Assembly: GCF_018350175.1 (NCBI RefSeq)
Contig: NC_058368.1
Span: forward strand, 211,856,001-211,920,000
Reading direction: 5' to 3'
DNA length: 64,000 bases
Origin: Felis catus
Taxonomy: Eukaryota
Below are positions 50,256-62,539 of this stretch, piece after piece. The number at the start of each line of letters is the position of its first letter. Position 1 is the first letter of the stretch. A model generated the notes under the pieces. The model saw nothing but the letters and a program-made list of their open reading frames with translations, made no database searches and was not told the origin of the DNA. The position numbers and the translations under genes are program-made.

Positions 50256-51859
50256 AGAAAGTAGTATATGTGACAACAACATTGAAATGCATGACTTTTG
50301 AAGACAATGTTTTGTTTCCACTTTCAAGTAGAGGTAAGATCCGACTACTCTTGAAAACCTCAGAGGAAGACTCTTCTCTCCATCCTTTGGGTTGACTTAG
50401 GAACAGCAGCTTGCCAACTATAAAGCGTGATACACTGATTTTTACCACGAGGTAGTGGTTGTGGTACTCAGGCAGGATTAACGGATGGAAAGTCTATTTT
50501 TATGACATGCCCATTTGTGATTCTTGGGGCAAAGTCCGGGTTGTTTTGGTTTTGGTTTTCATTTTGGTCGAAGTCAGTTTCTTTTGCCTTTCTAGTGTTA
50601 ATGACAGCTCTAAAAAATGCAGGGACTAACAGTCCCTGAATGTCAGCTATCCCTTGTGCTACTATAGGCTTAGTTGGAAAGTATGAACTTCCAAAGCCTT
50701 CTTTGCTCATGAAACAGAGGGAGCTTTTTGTGAAGCATCTCATATCTTTTGTCACAATTTGCATTTTTGTACAGAAAATACTTCGCCATAAAGAACTAAA
50801 CCACTACCTGAGATGCTATGGTGATGTCTGTAGATTGTCTGTATATCAGTGTTCTTAGTCCTTCCACTCTTTGTGAATGAGAGCATCACAAGGAGTCTTT
50901 AGTAAGATGGATTTGTATTTGATTCTGTTGGGTGGCTTGACTGAATCTTTTCTTTGTTTCTGAACCTCACTACTTTATCCTGTTTTTTCTCTTTGTACTG
51001 ATGTGATCCTAGGCAAGTTGTATAGCCTTTCAGTGTTTTCTCAACTATAAATGAAGGATAGTAATAGTACCTGCCTAATAGGTTTTTGTAAAGATTAAAT
51101 AAAGTAATACAGATACACAGTGTTTAGCAGAGTGCTTGATGTATGGTCAGTGTGTAGTCTATTTTATTGTTTCTGTTCATCGCTGTTATTCAGCACTTGG
51201 ATTTTCATGTTTTTAAAGTCTTTTTTTCAATGGTAGTATATTTGCATCAGCTGGCTCGGGGATATCTTGGAGACTGCAGTGATTCACAGGTCTGGTGTTT
51301 ATAGTGGGCATATCAGGAAATGTAGCTGGCTTTTTTTTTTTTTTAATTGCTACCACCCTTTGTCACCAAGAACATTTGTTACCTTTTTCCAATGAGTAGA
51401 GGAAAAGGTGAGTGGGATTAACTTTTCCCTCTACCCAGAGGAAACACCAGGCTTTGGGGGTATTTTGTAAATCCTGGAAAAAGGAGGAGGAACTTAGAAT
51501 AGTGCTGAGCCATGTTGAACACGTGCTGAACTTAGAGACACGAATCGATAGTTGCACCACTGGTGCAGTCAGGTGAGTCTCAACAGCACCTGGAAATAAA
51601 AAGCAGGGAAAATCGGTGGTTAGGGTAAAACAAGGTTAGAGTTTGATGAGGAAGAGGTGTTGAAGGCACTGGTGAGAGATGATTTAAGGAGATGACTCAT
51701 AGGCTGTGGATAGGCAGAAAAGGAGGTAACGGCAGAGAGATGTTTAAAGATTATGGGACAACCAAAGATGGAGAGGTCAGGAGATACGCAGTCCTTACTA
51801 GGCTGAAGACCCAAGGTACTGGGTACAAAGGTTTGGAAGGGCTGACAGAATACGAAGTT

Positions 51860-52205
51860 TTGGTGGTGGGCCCAAATTGTAATTACAAGGGTCCTTATAA
51901 ATGGAAAAGGGAAGGAAAAGAGATAGTGTCAGGATGATGCCCTATAAGAGATTCAAAGGCCAGTGCTGACTTTGAAAATGGGGGAAGAGGGCAAGGAGCT
52001 AGGAGATGTGGTCTTAGAAGATAAAAAAGGCAAGAAAATGACTCTTCTCTGCCTCCAGAAAGGAAGGCAGCTGTGCTTGATTTTAAGCCAGTTAAGACCT
52101 ATCTCAGACTTCTGACCTCCAACTGTATGATATTAAATTTGTGCTGTTTTAACTCACCAAGTTTATGGGAATTTGTAACGTGAATAATAAGAAACTAATT
52201 CAATA
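51860..52205 (+). mobile_element. MaLR (MLT1D-like) LTR
   Basis: aaaaggcaagaaaatgactcttctc...tcagacttctgacctccaactgta...gaaactaat. Confidence 0.7.
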
Positions 52206-52879
52206 TCGTGGTGCATATGTATCCAGCCCGAAGGATCCATGCCCACCACAAACCTGTGAGGACCACCTTTCACTTAGATCACCGCTTTGACGTTCCTGCC
52301 CAGGCCTGCGAGAGGTTGAATGAGTCGGTTTCCCCAGCCTCTCAAGGAACACATATGGTTGGCTGGAAGCCATGGAGAACCAGTATGGAGCCGAATTCCT
52401 CCTGAATGGAGTAAGGAGGCCTGTTTCAGCCCAGAGGTGTGAAATCTTGGCTGGATTATCCCAGTAAATTCTCAGGATGCCTGGCAAGCTCCCTGGTTTG
52501 CAGCATTGTCTCAGTAATGTAAAGCTTGAGCCTCTGAATGGATGTCTCCTCCGTGGGCAGCCTGTGCAGGTAAACTGGAGCGCTACCTTCACATGGTCTC
52601 CGGCTTGCTTATTTCCTCCACTCTCCTTACTGGTGAGTGGAGGTGGGCTAGGAAAGGTGGGGTTATAAAAGTAGAAGAGCACCAGAGACCTGCGGACCCA
52701 GCGTGGCTCATAATTATCTGGTCTCCTCACGTCTTTGTGGCGAAGAAGGGACTTGTCAAGTGTCGAACTAGAAGCTTAGCTCAGGCCATTTCCCTCTGCG
52801 TGACTTGGCAAAGAGAGAAATTGCCCATTACTTTTAAAAATGGAAGTCTTAGCTTGCCTTGGAAGGGAATCCCAGAGAC

Positions 52880-53720
52880 GTCTGGCTGAGCGAGGGGTCT
52901 TGGTAGAGCCAGGTCAGGAAAAATTGGGAAACGGAGCCGAGAAGGACAGCCAAGGGGGCAGCACTGAGCTGGGGAGGGTGAGGGAGTGGGGTGCCCCGTG
53001 CCCCAGCTCGGCGCCCAGCACTCTCGGCCTGTATTTCAGCCAGGGAGGGCCGGCCTGGGGGGCCTCTCACTCGCCGTCCCGCCCAGGGCGGCTCTCCCGG
53101 GTCTCCCCCTATTTGGCCCGCGCGGCAGGGCTCTGGGCGGGGCCGGAGGAGCGCGGGGGTGGGAGGCCCGAGGAAGATGCGCGGAGTTGGCTGCGAGGCC
53201 GAGCGCGGAAGGCGGAGGGGTGGGGATCTTGGGTGGGCTGCCCCCTCCGCCCTGACCCGTTCCACGCCCCGCGGAAAGCGGGCGCTGCCAGTCGAATCGC
53301 TCCCCTTTCAGGAGGGAAGGGGGATCAAGGTAACTAGCCCCTTTCTGCTTAAAAAAGCCAAAGGAGATCGTGGGTAGCTTCGCAGCCGCTCCGTCCCACT
53401 CCTGGACCATGCACCCCTGCATCTTCCTGCTCGGCCACGGGCGAGGACTTGATTTCTTGAGCTGAGAGCTAAACCTCGTCGACTTTTCTTCTCCCCAACA
53501 ACTGAATCATGCCATGTGCCCAGAGGAGCTGGCTTGCAAACCTCTCCGTTGTAGCTCACCTCCTTAACTTTGGGGCCCTTTGCTATGGGACACAAGCTCA
53601 GCCAGGCCCGGTGCACTTCCCGGACAGGAGGCAAGGTTAGTGGCTTTTCTTTATCTCCTTTGAAAACCGTGGTGGTGAGACGCGTGGAAAGTTGGTTGCT
53701 TCCCCATCCCCTCCCCCACT
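52880..53720 (+). promoter_or_regulatory. ADAMTS12 promoter CpG island with GC boxes and TATA-like TTAAAAAAG (~53349)
   Basis: CpG-dense, GGGCGG boxes (~53135), immediately upstream of and overlapping exon 1. Confidence 0.8.
53509..53635 (+). CDS. ADAMTS12: ADAMTS12 coding exon 1 (signal peptide), 127 bp
   Basis: Too short for the ORF track; read by hand as [42 protein letters not shown], then G|gttagt donor. Lies in a CpG island. Confidence 0.95.
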
Positions 53721-54665
53721 GGCTGAACTCTGCAAAGCCGTTTGGCTGAGTCGTAAGGAAGTCTAGGCTGGGAGCTCAGTGACATAGGGTGTCTCGGAAT
53801 TCATTGTTGAAGGTGGTGATTCCTTAATTCTTACTGAAAGGCGAGTATCCCGGATCTCTTTCACACCAACGCTGAGGCAGGAAAGACCCAAGTGATAGCT
53901 GGTAACGCCCCCCTTTTGTCTTCTCTTTCAATGCTGCAGTGTTTCAATCCTCTATTTTTCAAATTCTGAACACGGAAAATGATTTTTTTTTTTTTTTTTT
54001 TTGAGTTCCAATCACCACTGGCAGTCATTGCAGTATTTTCAGTTAGTTTCAACTCTGGACAGGGGAGGGGAAATGTGATTCCGGCCCCCTGCTGAGTGAG
54101 TTTGGCTGTGTTTTGGTTTCCTGGAAAGATTAAGGCCTGTGTTTTAAAAATAACTGTTCTTTTGGGGGAGAATTTACCACCTTAGGGGCTCACCTTTCTC
54201 TGTCCTGCCTTCTTGATCACAGCTGGCTGCATCTCCTGAATGTCATGAAACTCATAATGCTATAGAAAACACTGGAAGAGGGTGTGATGACAGTTTGGTG
54301 TTATTTAAGCCTAACACCTTGAGCAGAGCGACACTGTTTCCTCTGCTTTTTTATTGGACTTGGAAGGGTCAGAGACACTTTCCCATTTGGTAGGGAGTTC
54401 CTTGGGCCGTCTAGGAGAAACAGAGCTCCATCAAGGCCTGAGTGGCTGGAGAAAGTTCCCTGCACCAAGACTGCTAAGGCACCCTGTATGTGTCAGCCCA
54501 GCAACCACTGACAACAGCCTTCTGGGGTTCAGGGACTGTTGTTACTGCCTCTATTTTAAAGATGAGGAAATTTGGTGAGTTTATTGGCCCAGCTCACAGT
54601 GGAGTGAGATTTTGAACCCAGGTAGCCTGGCTTCAGTGGCTGGCCTCTCAGCAATAATAGGGACA

Positions 54666-54718
54666 ACACACACATACACAGACACACACAGACACATACA
54701 CACTCACACACACACACA

Positions 54719-54752
<34 letters not shown>
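54666..54752. repeat. Imperfect (CA)n microsatellite
   Basis: Directly visible. Confidence 0.95.
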
Positions 54753-54755
<3 letters not shown>

Positions 54756-56478
54756 CACTGCTTTAACATCCATTAAGTCCTGTGTTTGCTGACTGTGCTC
54801 CAGTCTTGAGAAGCTTCCCTAGCATTCTGACCCCCTTAATCCCCAAGACCACTTGGGTGGCAGACATCACGAGCTTGTCTTTGTTGAGGATTTCCACACA
54901 GGGTTCTGCCTACGTTGCAAAGTTCTAATACTGCTGAGAGCTCATCTGCTGTGACTTCGAGAGCCATCAGAAACAAGTCCCTTTGCTTTCCTTGGAAGCT
55001 GCAGCCCAAACACCACCGGGGTTAGATGTCAATCAGCCAGCACTTGCTTGTGTAAACGGTCCAGATACAATCTCCCACCCCCAAGTTTAAAATAGCAGCG
55101 TTTGTTTTTCTTTGAAAAACAGCCCCTTTGTGAAAAGTCTCTCTTCTGGCAGCACAAACAAAGCCTGTGAGCACTTCCCAGGGCATTTGGAGATGATTTG
55201 GTTCAAAGACACACATTCTCCTGGGTTGGATTGCAGCTCCCCTTGCTCCAGATCTACTTTGTAAGCGAATTCAGCTTCGTATAGAGCAGACACCACTGGG
55301 CTTTGCTCTCTCCTGTCTGGAAGGTGAGAGGTGGTTGTTTTCCTTGGTTACCATTGGGATTAGGTGCTGAGGGTATTTGATATTGAAAAATAGCTGTGAA
55401 GCGCCCTGAGTTTATTAGCGATGTGCAGATATTTAGGTTGTAAAAGCAATTTGTCTTTAAAAGACTTTTCTCCAGAATATTTGTTTTTAATCAACTCACC
55501 AGTGGATTTACAAGTAATCTGCATTTGGTACAACAGAAATTTCTGAGCAGGCTTTATTTAAAACTGAGTGGAGAGAGGGAGAAAAACTGAGGTGGGAGGG
55601 GGGGTGTAGAGAAGGAGAGAGGTAGAGGGAAGGGATGAGAAAATTCTAAGGTTTCTTGGTAATAGGATGACCTGGTTTTTGCCCCAAATGACCAGCCTGC
55701 CATTTCACAATGAGCCAAACTCCCAGTTTCCATTTCTACTCTGACAACATTTTTGAATCGCACCCAAGTTCAGAACCTTTAAACTGGCAAATCACTTCAT
55801 ATATCATGTCTCCCATCTTTCTTTTTACAGATGAAGGGGGGAGGGGTTAGGAGATGAGTCTGTCAGCACCTATTAAATGCCACGTCACCAGAGGGGTGAA
55901 AGGAATTACACAACATCCCACAGTTGGAAATATTCTAGTCCCATATAATCATTAACGTTCTTTCTAGTTCTAAGGGTTGGGCAGAGGCAGGATTTTAGCC
56001 CTGGGAAGGAGCATGGAGGCAAATCCAATCTTTCTTGGGACCAAAAATGGCAGATTTGACAAACTCTGTCCAGTATTCTTTCCATATCGCTCACTTGTGA
56101 TATAGATACACGTGCAGTGCCTTCCACAAGATGTCTTGGTTCCCAACTAAGTATCAGAACAATGGGAAATACTGCTCTTGTACACAGCATACTGCCTCTC
56201 TTCTACAGCCAGTGACAGCCCCTTGGGGTCCTTATCCCTTGTACAGTCTGCAAGTCACTAGCTGCTTCTGTGGTCTCTTTTGCTCCTGGCGACTCTGAAA
56301 TCAACAGGGCAGGCACTTTATCCCGTGGTGGAGATATGCTTTCTGCTGCATGGGTTTTGCAAGAACACAAGGAGTGTTTCAAGACAAACGTTTCAAGCGT
56401 ACTTCAAGACAAATGTTCTCGTCATGTATCTATGCTCTTTGAAAAAATAAGGAAGGAAATTATTTCATATATTCTTTT

Positions 56479-56973
56479 AAAAATTTTTTAAAATTATAAT
56501 TTAATTTTAGTTATTTTAATTTTATTTATTTTTGAGAGACCGAGCACGAGCGGGGGAGGGGCAGAGAGAGAAGGAGACACAGAATCTAAAGCAAGGTCCA
56601 GGCTCTGAGCAAGCTGTCAGTACAGAGCCCGACGCTGGGCTCGAACCCACAAGCTGTGAAATCATGACCTGAGCCGAAGTCGCACGCTTAACTGACACTT
56701 CAGTGCCACCCAGGCGCCCCTCATATATTCTTTTTTTTTTTTTTTTATTGTTTCTTTTTTTTTTTTTCAACGTTTTATTTATTTTTGGGACAGAGAGAGA
56801 CAGAGCATGAACGGGGGAGGGGCAGAGAGAGAGGGAGACACAGAATCAGAAACAGGCTCCAGGCTCCGAGCCATCAGCCCAGAGCCTGACGCGGGGCTCG
56901 AACTCACGGACCGCGAGATCATGACCTGGCTGAAGTCGGACGCTTAACCGACTGCGCCACCCAGGCGCCCCCC
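56479..56973 (-). mobile_element. Two head-to-tail felid SINEs sharing one target site
   Basis: tcatatattctttt occurs at 56465, 56721 and 56974. Confidence 0.95.
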
Positions 56974-57735
56974 TCATATATTCTTTTAATGAAAGAAGAG
57001 ACTTCACAGTTTTAATATTTTATTTGTGTTAATTATCATAAGCAATTATGGTCTGGAGGTTAGTTGTCGTAGGGTTCGTGAGAAAATCCAACCTTGTGTG
57101 TTGTACTTTACAACTTTGAGGGGATCAACACTGTTCTCCACATTGTGACACATATAGTTTTCTATGATAAAAGTATATTTGAAAGGTTACAACAACCCGT
57201 GGAAGAGGATTATGAAAATGAACTATTACAGAATTTCATTGCGCTTTTTATTAAGAGTCTTAGAAATTTATTGTTCTCTAAGATGGAAATAATCAAAGTA
57301 AAGGGTAAGTATAGATTTAACCTAAGCTATAAAATCTGGCAGGTAAATATTCTCTCACCTCTTTCCATTCTTTCTAAGCAGAGGGTGAAAGATCGCTTGG
57401 TGTTGTGTATTTTCAAAAGCACTTGTGCCAACAGGCTCACTCAGATTTCTCATGAAGTATCATCCATGTTTGTGACCAAGGGTTTCAAGTCTAATTTTCA
57501 ATAAGGCAAATCCAAGTATTTAGGGCTTATAATGTATTTCCATAAACCTGCAGATGGTAATGTGATTACAGTGAGTCTCAGTCCCTGCCCCTCCCCCCAG
57601 CCCTGTTGACGCCCCACCTTGACATCTGGTCTTAGTGGTAGATGCTTGAGAAGCAGCAAAGGCAGAGGTTAGAAGGGTGGGCTCTGGGGTCAGATTGCCC
57701 CAGAATGAATCCTCACCCCTCTTCATTGTCTTTTT

Positions 57736-57956
57736 TTTTTTTTTTTAATTTTTTTAAATGTTTATTTATTTTTGAGACAGAGAGAGACAGAGCATGAACG
57801 GGGGAGGGTCAGAGAGAGGGAGACACAGAATCTGAAGCAGGCTCCAGGCTCTGAGCTGTCAGCACAGAGCCCAACGCAGGACTCGAACTCACGGACCGCG
57901 AAATCATGACCTGAGCCGAAGTCGGCCGCTTAACCGACTGAGCCACCCAGGCGCCC
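57736..57956 (-). mobile_element. Felid CAN-SINE with TSD, inserted in a MIR-like relic
   Basis: TSD cctcttcattgtcttttt on both sides (~57718 and ~57958). Confidence 0.94.
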
Positions 57957-60900
57957 CCCTCTTCATTGTCTTTTTACAGTGGAGGGAATGAAGGCTAGAT
58001 GAGGGACGCTTAATAATACCTGTCCCAGAGAACTGTAAAGATTAGACAAGACCAAGTTGATATACTCTAAATGCTGTGCTTAACCATAGGAATGGTAAAA
58101 ATGAGGAGCTCTTATTATTTCCTGACATCTTATTTCTCCATTCCTGTCATATCTCCTCTGAGCCGGGCTTTCTATTGGCCAAGGTCGTAGCTATCTCATC
58201 TTCCAAACTGAGTACCTACCGAGAGGAAGCCAAGGTGAGCATGGGATTCTCCCCTGTCTCTGCTTGGAGGTTACATCTATTTATGGCCATAGTGATCCTT
58301 GGCGGCCAAGTTTCTATCTTTAATACTAATAGTAGCTATTGAGTGCTATTTGTCGAGCACTCTTCTAAATCCATTACATATATTAATCCACTGGATCCTC
58401 AAAACCACCCTAGAAGGTAGGTAGATACTGTTATTACGCCCTTGTGTAGGTGAGGCAAGTGCAGTTGGGCCACCACATAAGTCACACCCCTTATGTACGT
58501 GGCCTCTTATTTCTGCCCACACTTATGGGCTGCCATGGCTTCGCTACTTGGTTTGCAGTCAAATGAAGAGGCAAAACTAGTCTTATCTCTTATTACTGTA
58601 CCTGATAAATAGGCAGTTATTATCTCCATTTATTGCTGTGCAAATTGAGGCGTCTTAAAGAAGTCAAGCCGTTCTTTTCTTGTCAGATCATCATCCCTGG
58701 GGAAGTGGGGGGCAGGGGGCGGTGGTAGTATCACTTCTACTAGGTCATACTCTCTGCCAAGTGCACTGCTTATGTACGCGAAGGGAAGTGGCTAAGAACG
58801 TGGCTTTGAAATAAGAACCGTGAGATTTCAATATGGATAATGTTGCATATTGACTCTGTGCCCTCTCGTAGGCTCAGTTTCTTCATCTGTGAAAAGGGAA
58901 TTCACTGAATCTGTGAATCACAGGTTGTGTGGGTACTGAATGAGAAGAGACCTGTGGTACTTGGATCATAGCAGGTGGTCATGAAATGGTTACTGTGGTC
59001 ATTATCATTACATTATTATATAGCCAGCTTATGTTGGCTTTCCTAAAAATCCATTAGATCAAAAGCAACTAGGTCAAAGGCTCTAAATTTGTTTGCTTCT
59101 TTATTCTTTGAACAATAGTTGCTAGAGCTTAGGCAAGCTTTTTCTTTCATTTTATACTTTCAAAAATCATGGTGAGTTCTTTGAGATGTATGTTCAGAGA
59201 CAGGTCTTATAAGGGACACGGAACTTCTCCTGAGAAGAGTCAGCATCTGGGCAGTGACCAGTCCAATGGGACTGCTGGTCCCATTGCAAGATGATGGCTA
59301 TACTCCATTAAATAAGACTTTTTCTGCCCTTAACTTCCATCCACTGCTCATCCTGGGGTAGCCAGAGGTGTTGCCATGAGTAGTAGAAGAGAAGAGTAAC
59401 TGAGAATAATACTGTGGAAGTCAACCACATCCACCCTTGCCCCACCTAACCTGGCCTTTCCTCTCCTAAGGTCTGAACTTGGAAGGGCAGTGAAACTCTG
59501 ATATTAAAGATGTCCAGATATTCCTTGGGGAGTAGGCAGTACAGAGGACTGAGTCAATTTGACTCCTAGGTCATGGCACACTAGCATCATCATTTTGTGC
59601 AAAACCCCTTTCTGGTTTTATTTTTTTATGCATTTTTGTCCCCACTCCCATTCCTCCTCACGGAAAACCATTTTAATGGGTTCCATATGTATTTTTTTGC
59701 ATATGTTCTGGCAGACTTTGTATTATTGTTTTTGTGTGCATGTATTTTCCATTGATGTAGATGGCTCTGCATTCACTTGTATCTTATTTTTCAGTGAACA
59801 TTGTTTTTAAAGATTTTTCCATGTTGCTATGTGATCTATTGCTCCTAAGTGCTGCAATTAGAAGCAATGGGTCTGGATTTTTTACACCTAAACATTGAGA
59901 CTATTTATTAGTACCTAAGAGTGAAAACTCTGTGCTCTGCCCATATTTCATTCAAGGCAGAAGTGAACAATTTCACAAAGTGTGTTTGAAGGCAGTTGTC
60001 TGGCAGGGGGAGGGTGGGGTGGGGTGGGGTGGGGGGAGGGGAGGCTGTTTTATAAATGTATTCCATGAAGCCCAGTTCTTATAATGAACCAGCCACAAAC
60101 ATACTCCCTGATACAGCAACACGTTACAAGCCAGGCTGCCACGTGCAAGGTTCTAGGCTCCAAAGGCTTTGGGAATAAAGTGCGATGAACAAAAGGCCTT
60201 GTAAAATGAGACCATTCTGGGAGCTACAGGAAGTAAGGCCTTGGGTGAGGGTCCAAAGGAGGGAGAAAGAACTTCAACCAGGGACTTTAAGTGAAAGAAG
60301 AGGGGGAACTGGAGTTGAGACTTAAAACATACATGGGAATGCACAGAGTATTGGTAGAAAGTGCAAAAGACACTGTAGCTGGGGCGGTAATACGAACAAA
60401 GCAACGCAACCTAGAAAGTGCAAGAAATCCATCTAGGAGGTGGCAAGTGGAATTTGTTTCTCTCTCTCTTCCTCCCTTGCTCCTTTTCTTTTCTTTTCTT
60501 TTTTTTTCTTTCCTTTTTTTCCCTCTAAAGCAGAAGATTAGTTATTTTATGAAGTGGCTACTGGTTTGCTGGAAGTAGCCTGTAATCCCGAGTGATGATT
60601 AGCCCCTGCTAGAGAGACTCCTTGTTATTCTCAAACATCAGAATGAAGAGGAGGGGGCGGGGACTTTAAACACAAATGAGTCAAAAGGCCTATGTCCCTG
60701 TGTGTGGCAGAGACGAGTGTTCCTGTCTAGCATTTTTTAAAGTGGCAGGGTTCATCTTACCCTTTTATTTTGTGTGTTTTGTAAAAATAAAAATAAACAT
60801 CCAAGTTTCTTTAAGCAGCCTTTGCTACGTTGCAGAACACTTAGGCTGCAACGGGTGTGAAGTTTGTCAGAGTGTGTATGGTGGGTTAGCTGTTTTTTCA

Positions 60901-61351
60901 TTTTCCCTCTAACCTGAGTTAATGGGAAGTTCCTGAGACGTTTAAGCTCTTTGTAATAAACAGCCAAGCTCTGTGATTTGTACTAATGAACTCAAGCCTC
61001 GAAATATGAAATATTCCTTATACTGACCTTGCCCCTTTTCTAACAGTACTCATGCATTAATTCTCATTTTAATCTGTCTCCCGCAAAGCATCTGCCGTCC
61101 AGAGCTGTGCCTTTGTGTCGGTGCAGACTGCCACGTGTCGTCAAGCAGGGGCCCCGAGTCAATTTGAGTTGTTCAGGGAATTTACTGTTGACAGTACGTG
61201 CGTGGTAGACACAATCTGTAAACTTCAAGTCAGCAGTGGTATTTTGCAATCCGCGAGCTGAAGTCTAAGTTCCAAATAGCAGAGCATTCACCTTGCCACA
61301 GACTCATCAGGGAACTCCCTCGGTTTTATTTTTTGTGTCCTTTTCTTTCAG

Positions 61352-61713
61352 CGCATTTTGTCAAGGCCCTGCCAGAATATCACGTGGTGGCTCCTGTCCG
61401 CGTAGATGCCAGTGGGCATTTTCTATCACATGGCCTGCGCCATCCCATCACCAGCGACAGGAGGAAGAGAGATTTGGATGGCCCAGAGGATCGGGTGTAC
61501 TATAGAATTTCCCACGAGGAGAAGGACCTGTTCTTCAACTTGTCAGTCAATCAGGGATTTCTTTCCAAAAGCTATATCGTGGAGAGGAGATACGGAAATC
61601 TTTCCCGTGTTAAGATGGTGGCTTCCTCGGCACCCCCCTGCCATCTCAGGGGCACAGTTCTGCAACAGGGCACCAGAATCGGGGTTGCAGCACTCAGTGC
61701 CTGCCAGGGACTG
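61352..61713 (+). CDS. ADAMTS12: ADAMTS12 coding exon 2 (prodomain), 362 bp; gene continues beyond window
   Basis: tttcag acceptor, CTG|gtgagt donor. [25 protein letters not shown]...RRKRDLD...[11 protein letters not shown]...[12 protein letters not shown] convertase site at 61459-61470; phase matches exon 1. Confidence 0.96.
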
Positions 61714-62244
61714 GTGAGTGCCCGGGTCCATCACTTACCTCCCTTCTCTGTCCCCAGGCCCCTATAGTCTCGTCCTGCATGTCCAGCACCAGTGGGTTCA
61801 CAGACACATTCAGCACATGCACATTGAACACTTGTGATGAGGGTGGTCCAGGCTGCCAAATGGGCTGGGGAGAAATGCAGAAAATCACATAAAAAGTGGA
61901 TCGATCTGGGAGGTATGGAGAGTCAAGGCCCTGAGGGTTCAGAGCAGGGAGGGTTCAACCGGGAACAGCATGGGAGGAGGGGAGGATTGGAGGTGGGTCT
62001 TCAGTCTCTGCGGGGGCTCCGAGGGTATTGTGACTGACTGGCTGGCCGGCCCTTTGGAGTTAGGAAAACCTGAATTTGGACTGAGAGGCTTACCAGTGGT
62101 GAGTAGCTGCTATGGCATAATGGCTGACTATGTGTACTTCGTAATCAGATTCGGTGTGGGAAGTTAGGCAGTCCGTTTATCCCTTTGTGCCTTTGTTTGC
62201 TCGTTTGTAAAGTGGAGATAATGGCAGTACCCAACTCATAAAAA

Positions 62245-62462
62245 AAGGGTTGGCAAAGTATGGCCCACAGACCAAATCTGGACTGCCTCTTGTTTTTTAT
62301 AAATAAGGTTTTATGGGAACACAGGTAAGCTCATGTGTTTATAGTGTGCATGGCTGCTTTCAAACTACAACAGCAGAGCTCAGTAGTTGGGATAAGGACT
62401 GTATGGCCCACAAGGCCCAAAAATTGCTCTCTGACTTTTACAGAAAAAATTTACCGGCCCCT
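62245..62462. mobile_element. MER58A-like fossil inside a MIR, followed by (TA)n at ~62491-62535
   Basis: gggttggcaaagtatggcccacag...ggctgctttcaaactacaacagcagag...tttacagaaaaaatttaccggccc. Confidence 0.75.
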
Positions 62463-62487
62463 ATAGTACAATATTGTGAGAATGAAA

Positions 62488-62539
<52 letters not shown>

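Noticed and set aside
52200..53634. ORFs of 108-176 aa around the ADAMTS12 promoter
   Set aside because: Low-complexity Pro/Arg/Gly products typical of CpG islands; no homology recognised.
57094..57504. 136-aa ORF in AT-rich ADAMTS12 intron 1
   Set aside because: Non-ATG start, no recognisable domain or splice structure; likely chance, though a BLASTX would be cheap.
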